From positions 1 to 62,805 of the forward strand of contig JACREM010000041.1 of the NCBI GenBank assembly GCA_016218215.1: DNA of 62,805 bases. Direction: 5' to 3'. Below are positions 28,104-36,915 of the stretch, in pieces (position 1 is the stretch's first letter; each line of letters starts with the position of its first letter). Source of the DNA: Candidatus Gottesmanbacteria bacterium (GTDB taxonomy: Bacteria; Patescibacteriota; Microgenomatia; UBA10105; UBA927). The notes below the pieces were generated by a model. The model saw only the letters and a list, made by a program, of their open reading frames with translations, did no database searches and was not told where the DNA came from. The translations under genes and the position numbers were made by a program.

Positions 28104-29281
28104 ATATATTGGTAGTCAGTGCAGTATTGCCGTTTCCGTTATATTCCGGAGGACAGATTCGATTGTATAATTTACTCCGGATTCTTTCTTCTGAACATAC
28201 TATTCATCTGGTCTCGTATATTCGGGATGAGAGCGAAAAAGCATATCTTTCCGAGCTTTCTTTTTGTGCATCGGTTCGAACGATAAAACGCGGCAGGGCA
28301 TGGCAAGGATCGTACGTACTAAAAACGTGTTTTAGTCAATATCCGTTTCTTTACGAGACATATACTGCAAGAGAAGCTTACGGTCAGATTCAGGAAGTAT
28401 TGAATACAAATCATATTGACTTAATTCACATAGAGCCTTCGTATGTCGGTCTCGGGATTCCAAAGACTACGCTACCAGTTATAGCAGTAGAACATAATAT
28501 TGAGCATGAAATATATATGCAATTCGTACATAAGGTACGATTCCCTTGGCTTCGTTGGCTTTTGAAATTTGATATTAAGAAAATGATTCATGCTGAAGAG
28601 ACAACCTGGAAATCCGTTGCTGGCGTAGTTGCGGTTTCGGAGGATAACAAATCCTATATTGAGAGAAAAGCTTTGGGAACACCGGTATATCTTGTGCGAA
28701 ATGGGGTAGATCTGCAAAAATTTTTATATCAGGACGAAAAAAAGAAACAGGTTCAACCTGTATTTTTATATGTTGGTAATTTTGCATGGATGGAAAATCA
28801 GGATGCGGTTTCATATTTAGTGTCAAAGCTTTGGCCTCATATACTTGCTCACTATCCCGGAGCCACTCTTCGAATTGTTGGCAAATCTATGTCAAACGCT
28901 TTGTCTCAAAAGATAAAAGGCACGAATGTTAAGATTCTCTCTGATGTTGAAAATATTCAAGAGGAATTGGATACTGCGACAATTATGCTTGCGCCTATAA
29001 GAATTGGTGGCGGAACAAAATATAAAATACTTGAATCTATGGCTTGCGGACTTCCGGTTGTAACAACAACGCTTGGTTCTGAAGGGATACATGCCCGTCA
29101 CGGAGTGCATTTGTATTGCGCAGACAGTCTTGATGAAACATTGTTTGCCATACATGCACTTCTTGGAAGTACCCGCGTATATAATACGATAAGAAAACAG
29201 GCTCGAAAACTTATCGAATCACGGTATTCCTGGGAGATGATTGCAAAAGATTTGGACTTTGCCTGGAAAAATACGCGATGA
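28100..29281 (+). CDS. GT4 glycosyltransferase
   Basis: 393 aa with MLAPIRIGGGTKYKILESMACGLPVVTTTLGSEG. Confidence 0.85.
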   Translation: MNILVVSAVLPFPLYSGGQIRLYNLLRILSSEHTIHLVSYIRDESEKAYLSELSFCASVRTIKRGRAWQGSYVLKTCFSQYPFLYETYTAREAYGQIQEVLNTNHIDLIHIEPSYVGLGIPKTTLPVIAVEHNIEHEIYMQFVHKVRFPWLRWLLKFDIKKMIHAEETTWKSVAGVVAVSEDNKSYIERKALGTPVYLVRNGVDLQKFLYQDEKKKQVQPVFLYVGNFAWMENQDAVSYLVSKLWPHILAHYPGATLRIVGKSMSNALSQKIKGTNVKILSDVENIQEELDTATIMLAPIRIGGGTKYKILESMACGLPVVTTTLGSEGIHARHGVHLYCADSLDETLFAIHALLGSTRVYNTIRKQARKLIESRYSWEMIAKDLDFAWKNTR

Positions 29282-30153
29282 AAGATATACAAGTTTCTAT
29301 CATTATTGTGAGTTTTAATACGAAGGAATTGCTGAAGGGCTGTCTTCATTCTATTGAAGCGTCACAGTGTCCGACTGATGCATGGGAAATTATTGTTGTC
29401 GATAATGCATCAACTGATGGATCGGCACAGTATCTCAAAAAAAAGAATCACGTTGTTTCTGTATTTAATGATACAAACGTAGGATTTTCCCGGGCGAATA
29501 ATCAGGGAATTTCGAAAGCGCACGGCAGATATGTGTTGTTTTTGAATTCTGATACAGAACTTTTGCCAAATAGCCTTCAGGTACTTTTGGCCTATATGGA
29601 TACATATCGTCGCGTGGGCGTTGTAACGTGTCGCGTGGAACTAGCAAACGGTGCCATAGATCCTGCATGTCATAGAGGTTTTCCGACTCCGTGGGCAGCC
29701 TTCACATATTTTTTTGGCTTAGAACGGCTTTTTCCCCGTTCGATTTATTTTTCTTCGTATCATCTTGGGTACAAAGATATGCAAACCATTCATGAAATAG
29801 ATGCACCAACTGGAGCTTTTTTTCTGACTCGAAGCGAAATCCTTCATACGCTGCATGGTTTTGATGAGGAATATTTTATGTATGGAGAAGATTTAGACCT
29901 TGCCTATCGAATTAAGAAGGCTGGTTGGCCAATTGTATATTATCCAAAAGTGTCGATATTGCACAGGAAAAAACAAAGCGGGAGAAGTGGAAAAAATGGA
30001 GAAATTAAAAAGCGTACTGATATCTATTTTTATGATACTATGAAAATTTTTTATAAAAAGTATTTTATGAAGGCATACCCCTTTTTTGTTACACGATTTA
30101 TCTTTATGATTTTATCTTTTAGGATCTGGATTATAAAAACGATCGGATGGTGA
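29278..30153 (+). CDS. GT2 family glycosyltransferase
   Basis: VSIIIVSFN, VVDNASTDGS, LFLNSDTEL and GAFFLTRSE..FDEEYFMYGEDLDLAYRIKKAGW are present. The C-terminus is hydrophobic. Confidence 0.85.
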   Translation: MKDIQVSIIIVSFNTKELLKGCLHSIEASQCPTDAWEIIVVDNASTDGSAQYLKKKNHVVSVFNDTNVGFSRANNQGISKAHGRYVLFLNSDTELLPNSLQVLLAYMDTYRRVGVVTCRVELANGAIDPACHRGFPTPWAAFTYFFGLERLFPRSIYFSSYHLGYKDMQTIHEIDAPTGAFFLTRSEILHTLHGFDEEYFMYGEDLDLAYRIKKAGWPIVYYPKVSILHRKKQSGRSGKNGEIKKRTDIYFYDTMKIFYKKYFMKAYPFFVTRFIFMILSFRIWIIKTIGW

Positions 30154-30156
30154 TAT

Positions 30157-31287
30157 ATGAAAATTGGCATCGATGCACGGCTTTATAGTGAAACGGGAGT
30201 TGGACGATATATTGCAAATATTATATCGCAATTACAGCAGATTGATCATGAGAATGAATACGTCGTGTATATGGGACGACGTGAAGCGGTCCTTTGTAAA
30301 ATCGTAAACGAAAAATTTATTATTCATCAGATTGAAGTTCCCTGGCATACCATACGGGAACAGATCATTATGCCCTGGTATTTTATTCGGGATGGAGTTG
30401 ATCTTGTCCATGCGCCGTATTTTACAATTCCTATATTTTTTCCCAAAAAAATCATAGTTACGGTTCATGACCTGATACTTTCTCATTTTACTACCGGAAA
30501 AGCGTCTACTCTGCCATTTTATTATTACGCGTTAAAAAGAATCGGGTATGAAGCGCTTATGAGATTCGGTTTGTTTAGAGCGTCGAAAATTATCGCAGTT
30601 TCTCATTCTACTGCACGGGATATTGAAAAAACATACGGGTATTCACATAAAATTCTTACCATTCCTGAAGGAATAGATCATATGACAAGGCTTAAGTTCG
30701 AACTGCCGAACATCAAAAATATCGCAAGTCATACAATAAAGAATTTTATTAAGTCTCCGTATATTCTCTATGTTGGAAATGCTTACCCCCATAAAAATCT
30801 TGAAATTCTTTTACAAAGTTTTTCTGAAGTGGTAAAAAGACAACACAAAACTGTATATTTAGCACTTGTTGGAAAGAATGACTATTTTTATAGTCATCTT
30901 CAAAAAAGCATTGATGATCGAGGGCTATCTGACCGGGTGAAGATATTTCATGACGCTTCAGATGAAGACCTCTCGATACTTTATGAGCATGCAGTCGTTA
31001 CAGCTTCTTTGTCGCTTTCCGAAGGCTTTGGTTTTCCGGTTCTTGAAGCTTTGGTTATGGGGTCTCGAATACTCTGTTCTGATATAGCTGTTTTTCATGA
31101 AGTGGCGGGGTCGTTACCTATATATGTTGATCCAAAAAACATCGGCATGATTGCCCAAGAAATGATGACATGTATGAGAGACACCGTGTATAAGGTTCCT
31201 TCAGAATCTGATATTTCTCTCCTTGTAAAGTCGTATAAATGGAAGGATGCTGCTTCTCAAACAAAAATCGCGTATGGTCTTGCGTAA
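30157..31287 (+). CDS. GT4 glycosyltransferase
   Basis: 376 aa with MKIGIDARLYSETGVGRYI and LSLSEGFGFPVLEALVMGSRILCSDIAVFHEV. Confidence 0.85.
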   Translation: MKIGIDARLYSETGVGRYIANIISQLQQIDHENEYVVYMGRREAVLCKIVNEKFIIHQIEVPWHTIREQIIMPWYFIRDGVDLVHAPYFTIPIFFPKKIIVTVHDLILSHFTTGKASTLPFYYYALKRIGYEALMRFGLFRASKIIAVSHSTARDIEKTYGYSHKILTIPEGIDHMTRLKFELPNIKNIASHTIKNFIKSPYILYVGNAYPHKNLEILLQSFSEVVKRQHKTVYLALVGKNDYFYSHLQKSIDDRGLSDRVKIFHDASDEDLSILYEHAVVTASLSLSEGFGFPVLEALVMGSRILCSDIAVFHEVAGSLPIYVDPKNIGMIAQEMMTCMRDTVYKVPSESDISLLVKSYKWKDAASQTKIAYGLA

Positions 31288-31296
31288 CGAAATCGT

Positions 31297-32436
31297 ATGA
31301 AAGTCGCGATTGTGTATGATCGAATGAATAAAGTCGGGGGAGCGGAGAGGATTTTAGTAAATCTTCATGCCATCTTTCCCGATGCTCCATTTTACACCTC
31401 GGTATTTGACCCGTCGGGCGCGGCGTGGTCAGCAGGTTTTCGAGTAATTCCAAGTTTTCTTCAAAAGATTTCGTTTGCTAGGAAAAATCATGAATTTTTT
31501 CCGTGGGTGACTCCTCTGGCGTTTGAAAATTTCTCTTTTAACTCATTTGATGTTGTTATAAGTGTGACGTCTGCGGAGGCAAAATCAGTCATTACAAAAC
31601 CAGAAACGCTTCATATTTGTTATTGCCTGACACCAACGAGGTATCTTTGGAGCGGGGTCAAAGAGTATGCAACTCATTCATCTTCTGGCGGTCTAGCCCG
31701 CATTGCGTCATGGTTTTTGAGAGTTTTTCTTAGATCGCTTCGAATGTGGGATAAAAGAGCATCATTTCGTCCTGACGCGTGGATTGCAATATCTGCTCTT
31801 GTAAAAAAAAGAATTGAATCATATTATTCAAAGCATGTTTTTTCTATTGTCTATCCTCCTGTTGATGACATGTTTTTCCAGAGTCCACTGCCGATGGCAA
31901 AAGGAGAATATTTTCTTATTGTATCTAGACTCGTTTCATACAAGCGAATTGATATTGTTATCAAAGCCTGTAATGTGCTTCGGAAAAAGCTTATTGTTGT
32001 GGGAGACGGCAGGGAGAAACGATACCTAAAAAAGCTTGCAGGAAGAACAGTGCAATTTATTGATAGATATCTGACAGATGTAGAGTTACTTTCATATTAT
32101 AGAGCCTGTTCGGCTTTTCTATTTGCAGGAGTAGAGGATTTTGGTCTTGTTGCGGCAGAGGCTCAGGCGGTAGGCAAACCGGTGATTGCATATAGTAAAA
32201 GCGGCATTTCGGAAATTATAGACGATCGTAAAACTGGAATATTGTTTCATGAACAATCCGTGCAAAGTCTTGTTGACGCGATGCGGCAATTTGATACAAT
32301 GAATTTTTCATCAAAGGATTGTCGGGCCCAGGTTCTAGCATTTAGAAGCATGATATTTAAGAAAAAATTTCTTTCTACGGTGAAAGACGTATATAATACT
32401 TATATGAAGAACATAAGAGAAGGGAATACTCTATGA
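31297..32436 (+). CDS. GT4 glycosyltransferase
   Basis: 379 aa with FLIVSRLVSYKRIDIVIKA and FAGVEDFGLVAAEAQAVGKPVIAYSKSG. Confidence 0.85.
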   Translation: MKVAIVYDRMNKVGGAERILVNLHAIFPDAPFYTSVFDPSGAAWSAGFRVIPSFLQKISFARKNHEFFPWVTPLAFENFSFNSFDVVISVTSAEAKSVITKPETLHICYCLTPTRYLWSGVKEYATHSSSGGLARIASWFLRVFLRSLRMWDKRASFRPDAWIAISALVKKRIESYYSKHVFSIVYPPVDDMFFQSPLPMAKGEYFLIVSRLVSYKRIDIVIKACNVLRKKLIVVGDGREKRYLKKLAGRTVQFIDRYLTDVELLSYYRACSAFLFAGVEDFGLVAAEAQAVGKPVIAYSKSGISEIIDDRKTGILFHEQSVQSLVDAMRQFDTMNFSSKDCRAQVLAFRSMIFKKKFLSTVKDVYNTYMKNIREGNTL

Positions 32437-33515
32437 AAGCAGTAATATTTGCAGGAGGAGTCGGAAGCAGACTTTGGCCATTATCCCGCAAAAAATCACC
32501 AAAGCAATTTGAAAAAATTATCGGTGAGCACTCCACGCTTCAATTAGCAGCAAATAGGCTACAGCCTGATTTTTCTTGGAAAGATGTCTATGTGTCTACT
32601 GGTACGAGCTATGTTCCGCTCGTACAAAAACAACTTGACTTACTCCCTCCCGACCATGTCATCGGAGAACCTCAGATGAGAGATGTAGGCCCAGCGGTCG
32701 GACTTGTGACAGCAATTTTGACAAAAGAATCTCCACATGAGCCAATGGTTATTTTATGGAGCGATCATCTGGTAAAAAAAGAGGCATTGTTTCGCTCTAT
32801 ACTGCAATCAGCAGGCGATCTGGTAAAAAAAGATCCAAAAAAAATTATCTTTGTATCTCAAAAGCCCAGATTTGCCAGTGAAAATCTAGGCTGGATCGAG
32901 TACGGGAAAGAAATTGCGAATCATGAAGGTATATCATTCCATTCATTTGTAGACTTTCAATATCGCCCGGATAAAAAAACGGCAGAAGCGTATTTTGCGA
33001 GCGGTCATCATGCATGGAATTTGGGATATTTTGTTACAACGCCAGGATTTCTGTGGGAGCAGTATAAACGATTCGTTCCAAATGTTTACGAGGGATTATC
33101 TCGTATTCGTGACGCGTGGAGGACGGATAAGTATGAGGAAGTACTAAACAGTGTTTATCCGACGTTTGAAAAAATTCATTTTGACAACGCGATTCTTGAA
33201 AAACTTGATCCGTCTCAGGCTCTGGTTGTATCTGAAAATATAGAGTGGAGTGATATAGGAGCATGGGAAGCGCTAAAGGAAGCGCTACAGGAAGCGAGTG
33301 ATAAAAATGTAACGAACGGGAACGTACTTTTAGAGACAACGAATGATTCGCTCGTGTATAACTACACGGATCAGATGGTTGTTGGCATTGATCTTGACCA
33401 GATGCTCGTTGTCAATACCGGTGACGTTGTTTTAGTGTGTAAAAAATCGTCTGTTCCAAAGATTAAAAAATTTGTTGAATCTCTTTCGGGCACCGAACAC
33501 GAACATCTGACATAA
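32433..33515 (+). CDS. manC: Mannose-1-phosphate guanylyltransferase-like nucleotidyltransferase
   Basis: MKAVIFAGGVGSRLWPLSRKKSPKQF and GEPQMRDVGPAVGL are present. At 360 aa it has no C-terminal isomerase domain. Confidence 0.8.
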   Translation: MKAVIFAGGVGSRLWPLSRKKSPKQFEKIIGEHSTLQLAANRLQPDFSWKDVYVSTGTSYVPLVQKQLDLLPPDHVIGEPQMRDVGPAVGLVTAILTKESPHEPMVILWSDHLVKKEALFRSILQSAGDLVKKDPKKIIFVSQKPRFASENLGWIEYGKEIANHEGISFHSFVDFQYRPDKKTAEAYFASGHHAWNLGYFVTTPGFLWEQYKRFVPNVYEGLSRIRDAWRTDKYEEVLNSVYPTFEKIHFDNAILEKLDPSQALVVSENIEWSDIGAWEALKEALQEASDKNVTNGNVLLETTNDSLVYNYTDQMVVGIDLDQMLVVNTGDVVLVCKKSSVPKIKKFVESLSGTEHEHLT

Positions 33516-33524
33516 ATTCCGATT

Positions 33525-34163
33525 ATGGTATATATATTACTTAAGCGGGCAATTGATATCTGTGGTAGCCTTATTCTCTGGATTATTTTTTTCCCGGTTT
33601 GTTTGGTTACTGCTGTAGCCATAAAGCTCGATAGCCCAGGTCCAATTTTAGCAGATACTCCGGATAGGGTTGGGAAAGAAGGGAGACTGTTTAAGCTGTT
33701 TAAGTTTCGATCAATGATTGTAAATGCACACGAAACTCTTCGGACGAACCCAAAATTTTCAAAACTTTATAGTGAATACAAGAAAAATAGTTATAAATTA
33801 AAAGAGGATCCTCGCGTGACCCGCATAGGACGGTTTATTAGAAAACATTCCATTGATGAGATACCACAGTTGTTAAATGTGCTTCGTGGAGAGATGAGTC
33901 TGGTTGGCCCGCGTCCGTATTATCCTGATGAGCTTGTTGATCAACAAAGAAAGTATCCTCATACGCAGGAACTTGTGAAAGTCGTATTGTCTGCAAAACC
34001 GGGGATTACAGGTCATTGGCAGGTGTCTGGACGAAGCGAAGTAAATTTTGACAAGCGTATAAAAATGGACGCGGACTATGTAAAGAAGCGTTCGATTGTT
34101 TTAGATATTACCATTTTATTTAAAAGTCCGTGGGCAATGATTTCCGGTAAGGGCGCTGTTTGA
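33525..34163 (+). CDS. Polyprenyl-phosphate sugar-1-phosphate transferase (small monotopic PGT, WbaP/PglC-like)
   Basis: [37 protein letters not shown] and [21 protein letters not shown] are present. Confidence 0.9.
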   Translation: MVYILLKRAIDICGSLILWIIFFPVCLVTAVAIKLDSPGPILADTPDRVGKEGRLFKLFKFRSMIVNAHETLRTNPKFSKLYSEYKKNSYKLKEDPRVTRIGRFIRKHSIDEIPQLLNVLRGEMSLVGPRPYYPDELVDQQRKYPHTQELVKVVLSAKPGITGHWQVSGRSEVNFDKRIKMDADYVKKRSIVLDITILFKSPWAMISGKGAV

Positions 34164-36181
34164 CAATGCTCTCTTCTTTCGAGACAATACTAGTCATGCC
34201 AGATACTATGCAGGTAACACAAGTCCCTATGCAGGAACACACGCCTTCTGCTATTCCAAATAAACCTAAGAACCTCATTTTGCGCCGTATTGGTGTCATA
34301 TCTCTAATTCTTTTAGTAATTATTCTTATAGTTTTTGGTATTTTTGCAGTGACGCTCATGCCATTAAAAGATGTCTATGCAAAAACCCAGGAGGTTATGG
34401 TCGTCGGAAAGGAAGTCGGGGTGGCGCTAAAATCTCAAAATCTCGACCAGATGAAAGAAAAACTTGCTGCCACCCGTGTCAAGATGAAAGAGCTCGAGAC
34501 TACGTATGGCCGAGTCACGGGTCTTTCGAGTGTGCCTTTTCTTGGACTGTATATCCAAGATGGATCACATGCTATAAAAGCTGGATTTGCCGGTCTGGAT
34601 GCTTTAGAAAATGCAGTATTGGCGCTTGAGCCTCATGCAGATTTATTGGGTTTGAAAGGGAAAAGCAAATTTGTACAAGGGACAGCTGACGATCGCATTC
34701 AGACAGCCGTAAAAACCATGAACGCACTGCTTCCAAAAGTAACCGCAATTGCAGAAAACGTAAAAGTGCTTCAAAAAGAACTTGTTGCAATTGACCCGTC
34801 AAGGTACCCGGAAAATGTAAAAGGCCTTGCGGTTCAAAGTCAGATTCAGTCAACAAAGGATGTCATCGATAATGCGGCGACACTTTTTGTCAACGCTCAG
34901 CCTTTTCTCATGAATTTGCCAAAGCTGCTCGGAGAACCAACTGAAAAACGATATTTAGTATTATTTCAAAATGACAAGGAGCTGCGACCTACAGGCGGTT
35001 TCTTAACCGCATATGCGCAGTTTCGTCTGGTTCACGGGAAAATGATACTAGAAAAAGCGGATGATATATACAAACTTGATGCTTCCTTAAAAAAAGAGTT
35101 TAAAGCGCCGCGTGAGATTCTCACGTTTCACAAAGGCGTGTATACACTTCATATACGAGACAGTAATCTTTCTCCTGACTTTAAGCTTTCTATGCAGCAG
35201 TTTGAGGAAATGTATAATACCGCCTCAGGAAAAGAAAAAATTGATGGAATTTGGGCTGTCGATACGCACGTACTTGTAGAAGCATTGAAAATTTTAGGTC
35301 CTATGTACTTGAGTGGAAAAGAGTTTAGCGCTGATAATGACAAACGATGCGATTGTCCGAAAGCAGTATACGAATTGGAAGACTATTCAACCCGTCCAGT
35401 TGGATATGTGCGAGAAGATAGAAAGGACGTTATAGGAATACTTCTACGAGATCTTTTACAAAAAGCTCTTGGAGTTTCACCTTCACAATACTGGGGGAGG
35501 CTGTTTCAGATGCTCTTTTCAGAGATAAATCAAAAACATGTACTTGCGTATTTTAAGGATTCGGCAGTTCAGAAATCCGTTGAAAGTTTTAATCTCGCCG
35601 GTCGGATTATGACTTCTACAGAAAGTGCAGCGCTATTAAAATATCAGGAAGGAACATGGGACTATTTGCATGTAAATAACAGCAATATGGCTGGTGCTAA
35701 GTCTAATTTATTCGTTTCTGAAAAAATCACGAAGGATACGACTGTTGAATCTAATGGTGCTTTGACAACGAGATTGACAGTCGAATACAAAAATCCCTTC
35801 AAAGGATCGGATTGCGGCCTTGAAAGCGGAGGACTCTGTCTCAATGCGCCGCTTCGAAATTGGGTGAGGGTGTATGTTCCAAGGGGAAGTAAACTCGTCG
35901 AGAGTAAAGGGACGCAATCACCCAAAGATGGAAAACCTGTTTTGATGGATACGTATGATAGTCTTGATAAAACTGTATTTGAAGGATTTTTGGTCGTCAA
36001 TCCCCTGGGTACGGCTCGGCTTGATGTGACGTACACATCAACGGTTAAAGACTCAGTAAACGGGTATAAACTTCTCATTCAAAAACAACCTGGCACTGAT
36101 AAACAGGAATATATTCTCAAGCTTAACGGAAAAGATCGGAAGAAATTTGAGCTTCTCTCTGATACTGAAGTTCAACTTTAA
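34160..36181 (+). CDS. DUF4012-type membrane-anchored extracytoplasmic protein
   Basis: 673 aa with a single N-terminal TM helix. The family-typical core is LFQNDKELRPTGGFLTAYAQFRLVHGKM. ATGA-coupled to the PGT gene. Confidence 0.7.
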   Translation: MTMLSSFETILVMPDTMQVTQVPMQEHTPSAIPNKPKNLILRRIGVISLILLVIILIVFGIFAVTLMPLKDVYAKTQEVMVVGKEVGVALKSQNLDQMKEKLAATRVKMKELETTYGRVTGLSSVPFLGLYIQDGSHAIKAGFAGLDALENAVLALEPHADLLGLKGKSKFVQGTADDRIQTAVKTMNALLPKVTAIAENVKVLQKELVAIDPSRYPENVKGLAVQSQIQSTKDVIDNAATLFVNAQPFLMNLPKLLGEPTEKRYLVLFQNDKELRPTGGFLTAYAQFRLVHGKMILEKADDIYKLDASLKKEFKAPREILTFHKGVYTLHIRDSNLSPDFKLSMQQFEEMYNTASGKEKIDGIWAVDTHVLVEALKILGPMYLSGKEFSADNDKRCDCPKAVYELEDYSTRPVGYVREDRKDVIGILLRDLLQKALGVSPSQYWGRLFQMLFSEINQKHVLAYFKDSAVQKSVESFNLAGRIMTSTESAALLKYQEGTWDYLHVNNSNMAGAKSNLFVSEKITKDTTVESNGALTTRLTVEYKNPFKGSDCGLESGGLCLNAPLRNWVRVYVPRGSKLVESKGTQSPKDGKPVLMDTYDSLDKTVFEGFLVVNPLGTARLDVTYTSTVKDSVNGYKLLIQKQPGTDKQEYILKLNGKDRKKFELLSDTEVQL

Positions 36182-36187
36182 AGCATC

Positions 36188-36751
36188 ATGAGATCACAGC
36201 GAATGTATAGGGCTGAAGGCGTGATAATTCATCGGAAGATTTACGGTGAAGCTGATAGATTTCTGACTATATTCACAAAACATCAGGGGAAGATTCGAGT
36301 CCTGGCAAAAGGAATCCGAAAAATTACCAGTAAACGTGCTCCACATCTGGATACACTAAGCATTGTATCTATGATTGTGTATGCCGGGAAAAGCGTTGAT
36401 ATTGTTGGAGAATGTGCTCGATTTGGGAAGCAGTTTTCATTTTCAGACGATCTGGTTAAAGTAAGTTTTTCCTATTATGTGTGTGAGCTTGTTGATGCAC
36501 TTACAGCATTAAATATTGCAAATGAAAATCAATATTTTATGTTTGTTCGTACTCTTCAAAAAATAGAGCGTGCTACTTCTCGAAGTGAATTATATCAAAT
36601 TGTGTATGAGTTCGCGCTGTCACTTCTCATAGCCCTTGGGTTTTTGCCGGGATCGTCTGAGGTTCAAAAAGAGACGATAAATCAGTTCATAGAGTCAATT
36701 ATCGAGCGAAGGCTTAAGACCGTACGACTCTTGACAAGTTTTGCAAACTGA
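36188..36751 (+). CDS. recO: DNA repair protein RecO (short form)
   Basis: The N-terminal OB fold reads YRAEGVIIHRKIYGEADRFLTIFTKHQGKIRVLAKGIRKITSKRAPHLD. It is only 187 aa. Confidence 0.75.
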   Translation: MRSQRMYRAEGVIIHRKIYGEADRFLTIFTKHQGKIRVLAKGIRKITSKRAPHLDTLSIVSMIVYAGKSVDIVGECARFGKQFSFSDDLVKVSFSYYVCELVDALTALNIANENQYFMFVRTLQKIERATSRSELYQIVYEFALSLLIALGFLPGSSEVQKETINQFIESIIERRLKTVRLLTSFAN

Positions 36752-36760
36752 GGGTACACT
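36731..36760 (+). promoter_or_regulatory. Sigma70-like promoter for the glyS leader
   Basis: TTGACA (36731-36736), an 18-nt spacer, then TACACT (36755-36760). It lies in the last codons of recO. Confidence 0.5.
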
Positions 36761-36899
36761 AGAGAAAGAAGGCGAAGATCTCATGGCACGAGGGAGCCAA
36801 AATGAAAAATTGAGGTGCTTCTTAAAGAAAGAAGAAGAAGGGTGGAACCGTCCTACGAATATAGGATCCCTGACACAATTATTGTGGAGGGGATTTTTT
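36761..36899 (+). promoter_or_regulatory. T-box leader (tRNA-Gly-sensing transcription attenuator), compact Stem I
   Basis: AGAGA box at 36761-36765. The T-box core is AAGGGUGGAACCGUCC (36838-36853). The antiterminator is GGG(36840-42)/CCC(36868-70), a 7-nt bulge UGGAACC (36843-49) and GUCCU/AGGAU (36850-54/36863-67). It competes with the terminator at 36866-36899. Gly codons GGC/GGU lie in the upstream stem region. Confidence 0.65.
36866..36899 (+). terminator. Intrinsic terminator of the T-box leader
   Basis: The stem is AUCCC..CACAA (36866-78) paired with UUGUG..GGGAU (36882-94). A U-run follows to 36899. Its 5' arm overlaps the antiterminator 3' arm. Confidence 0.7.
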
Positions 36900-36915
36900 G
36901 TAGGATTTTTTATTT

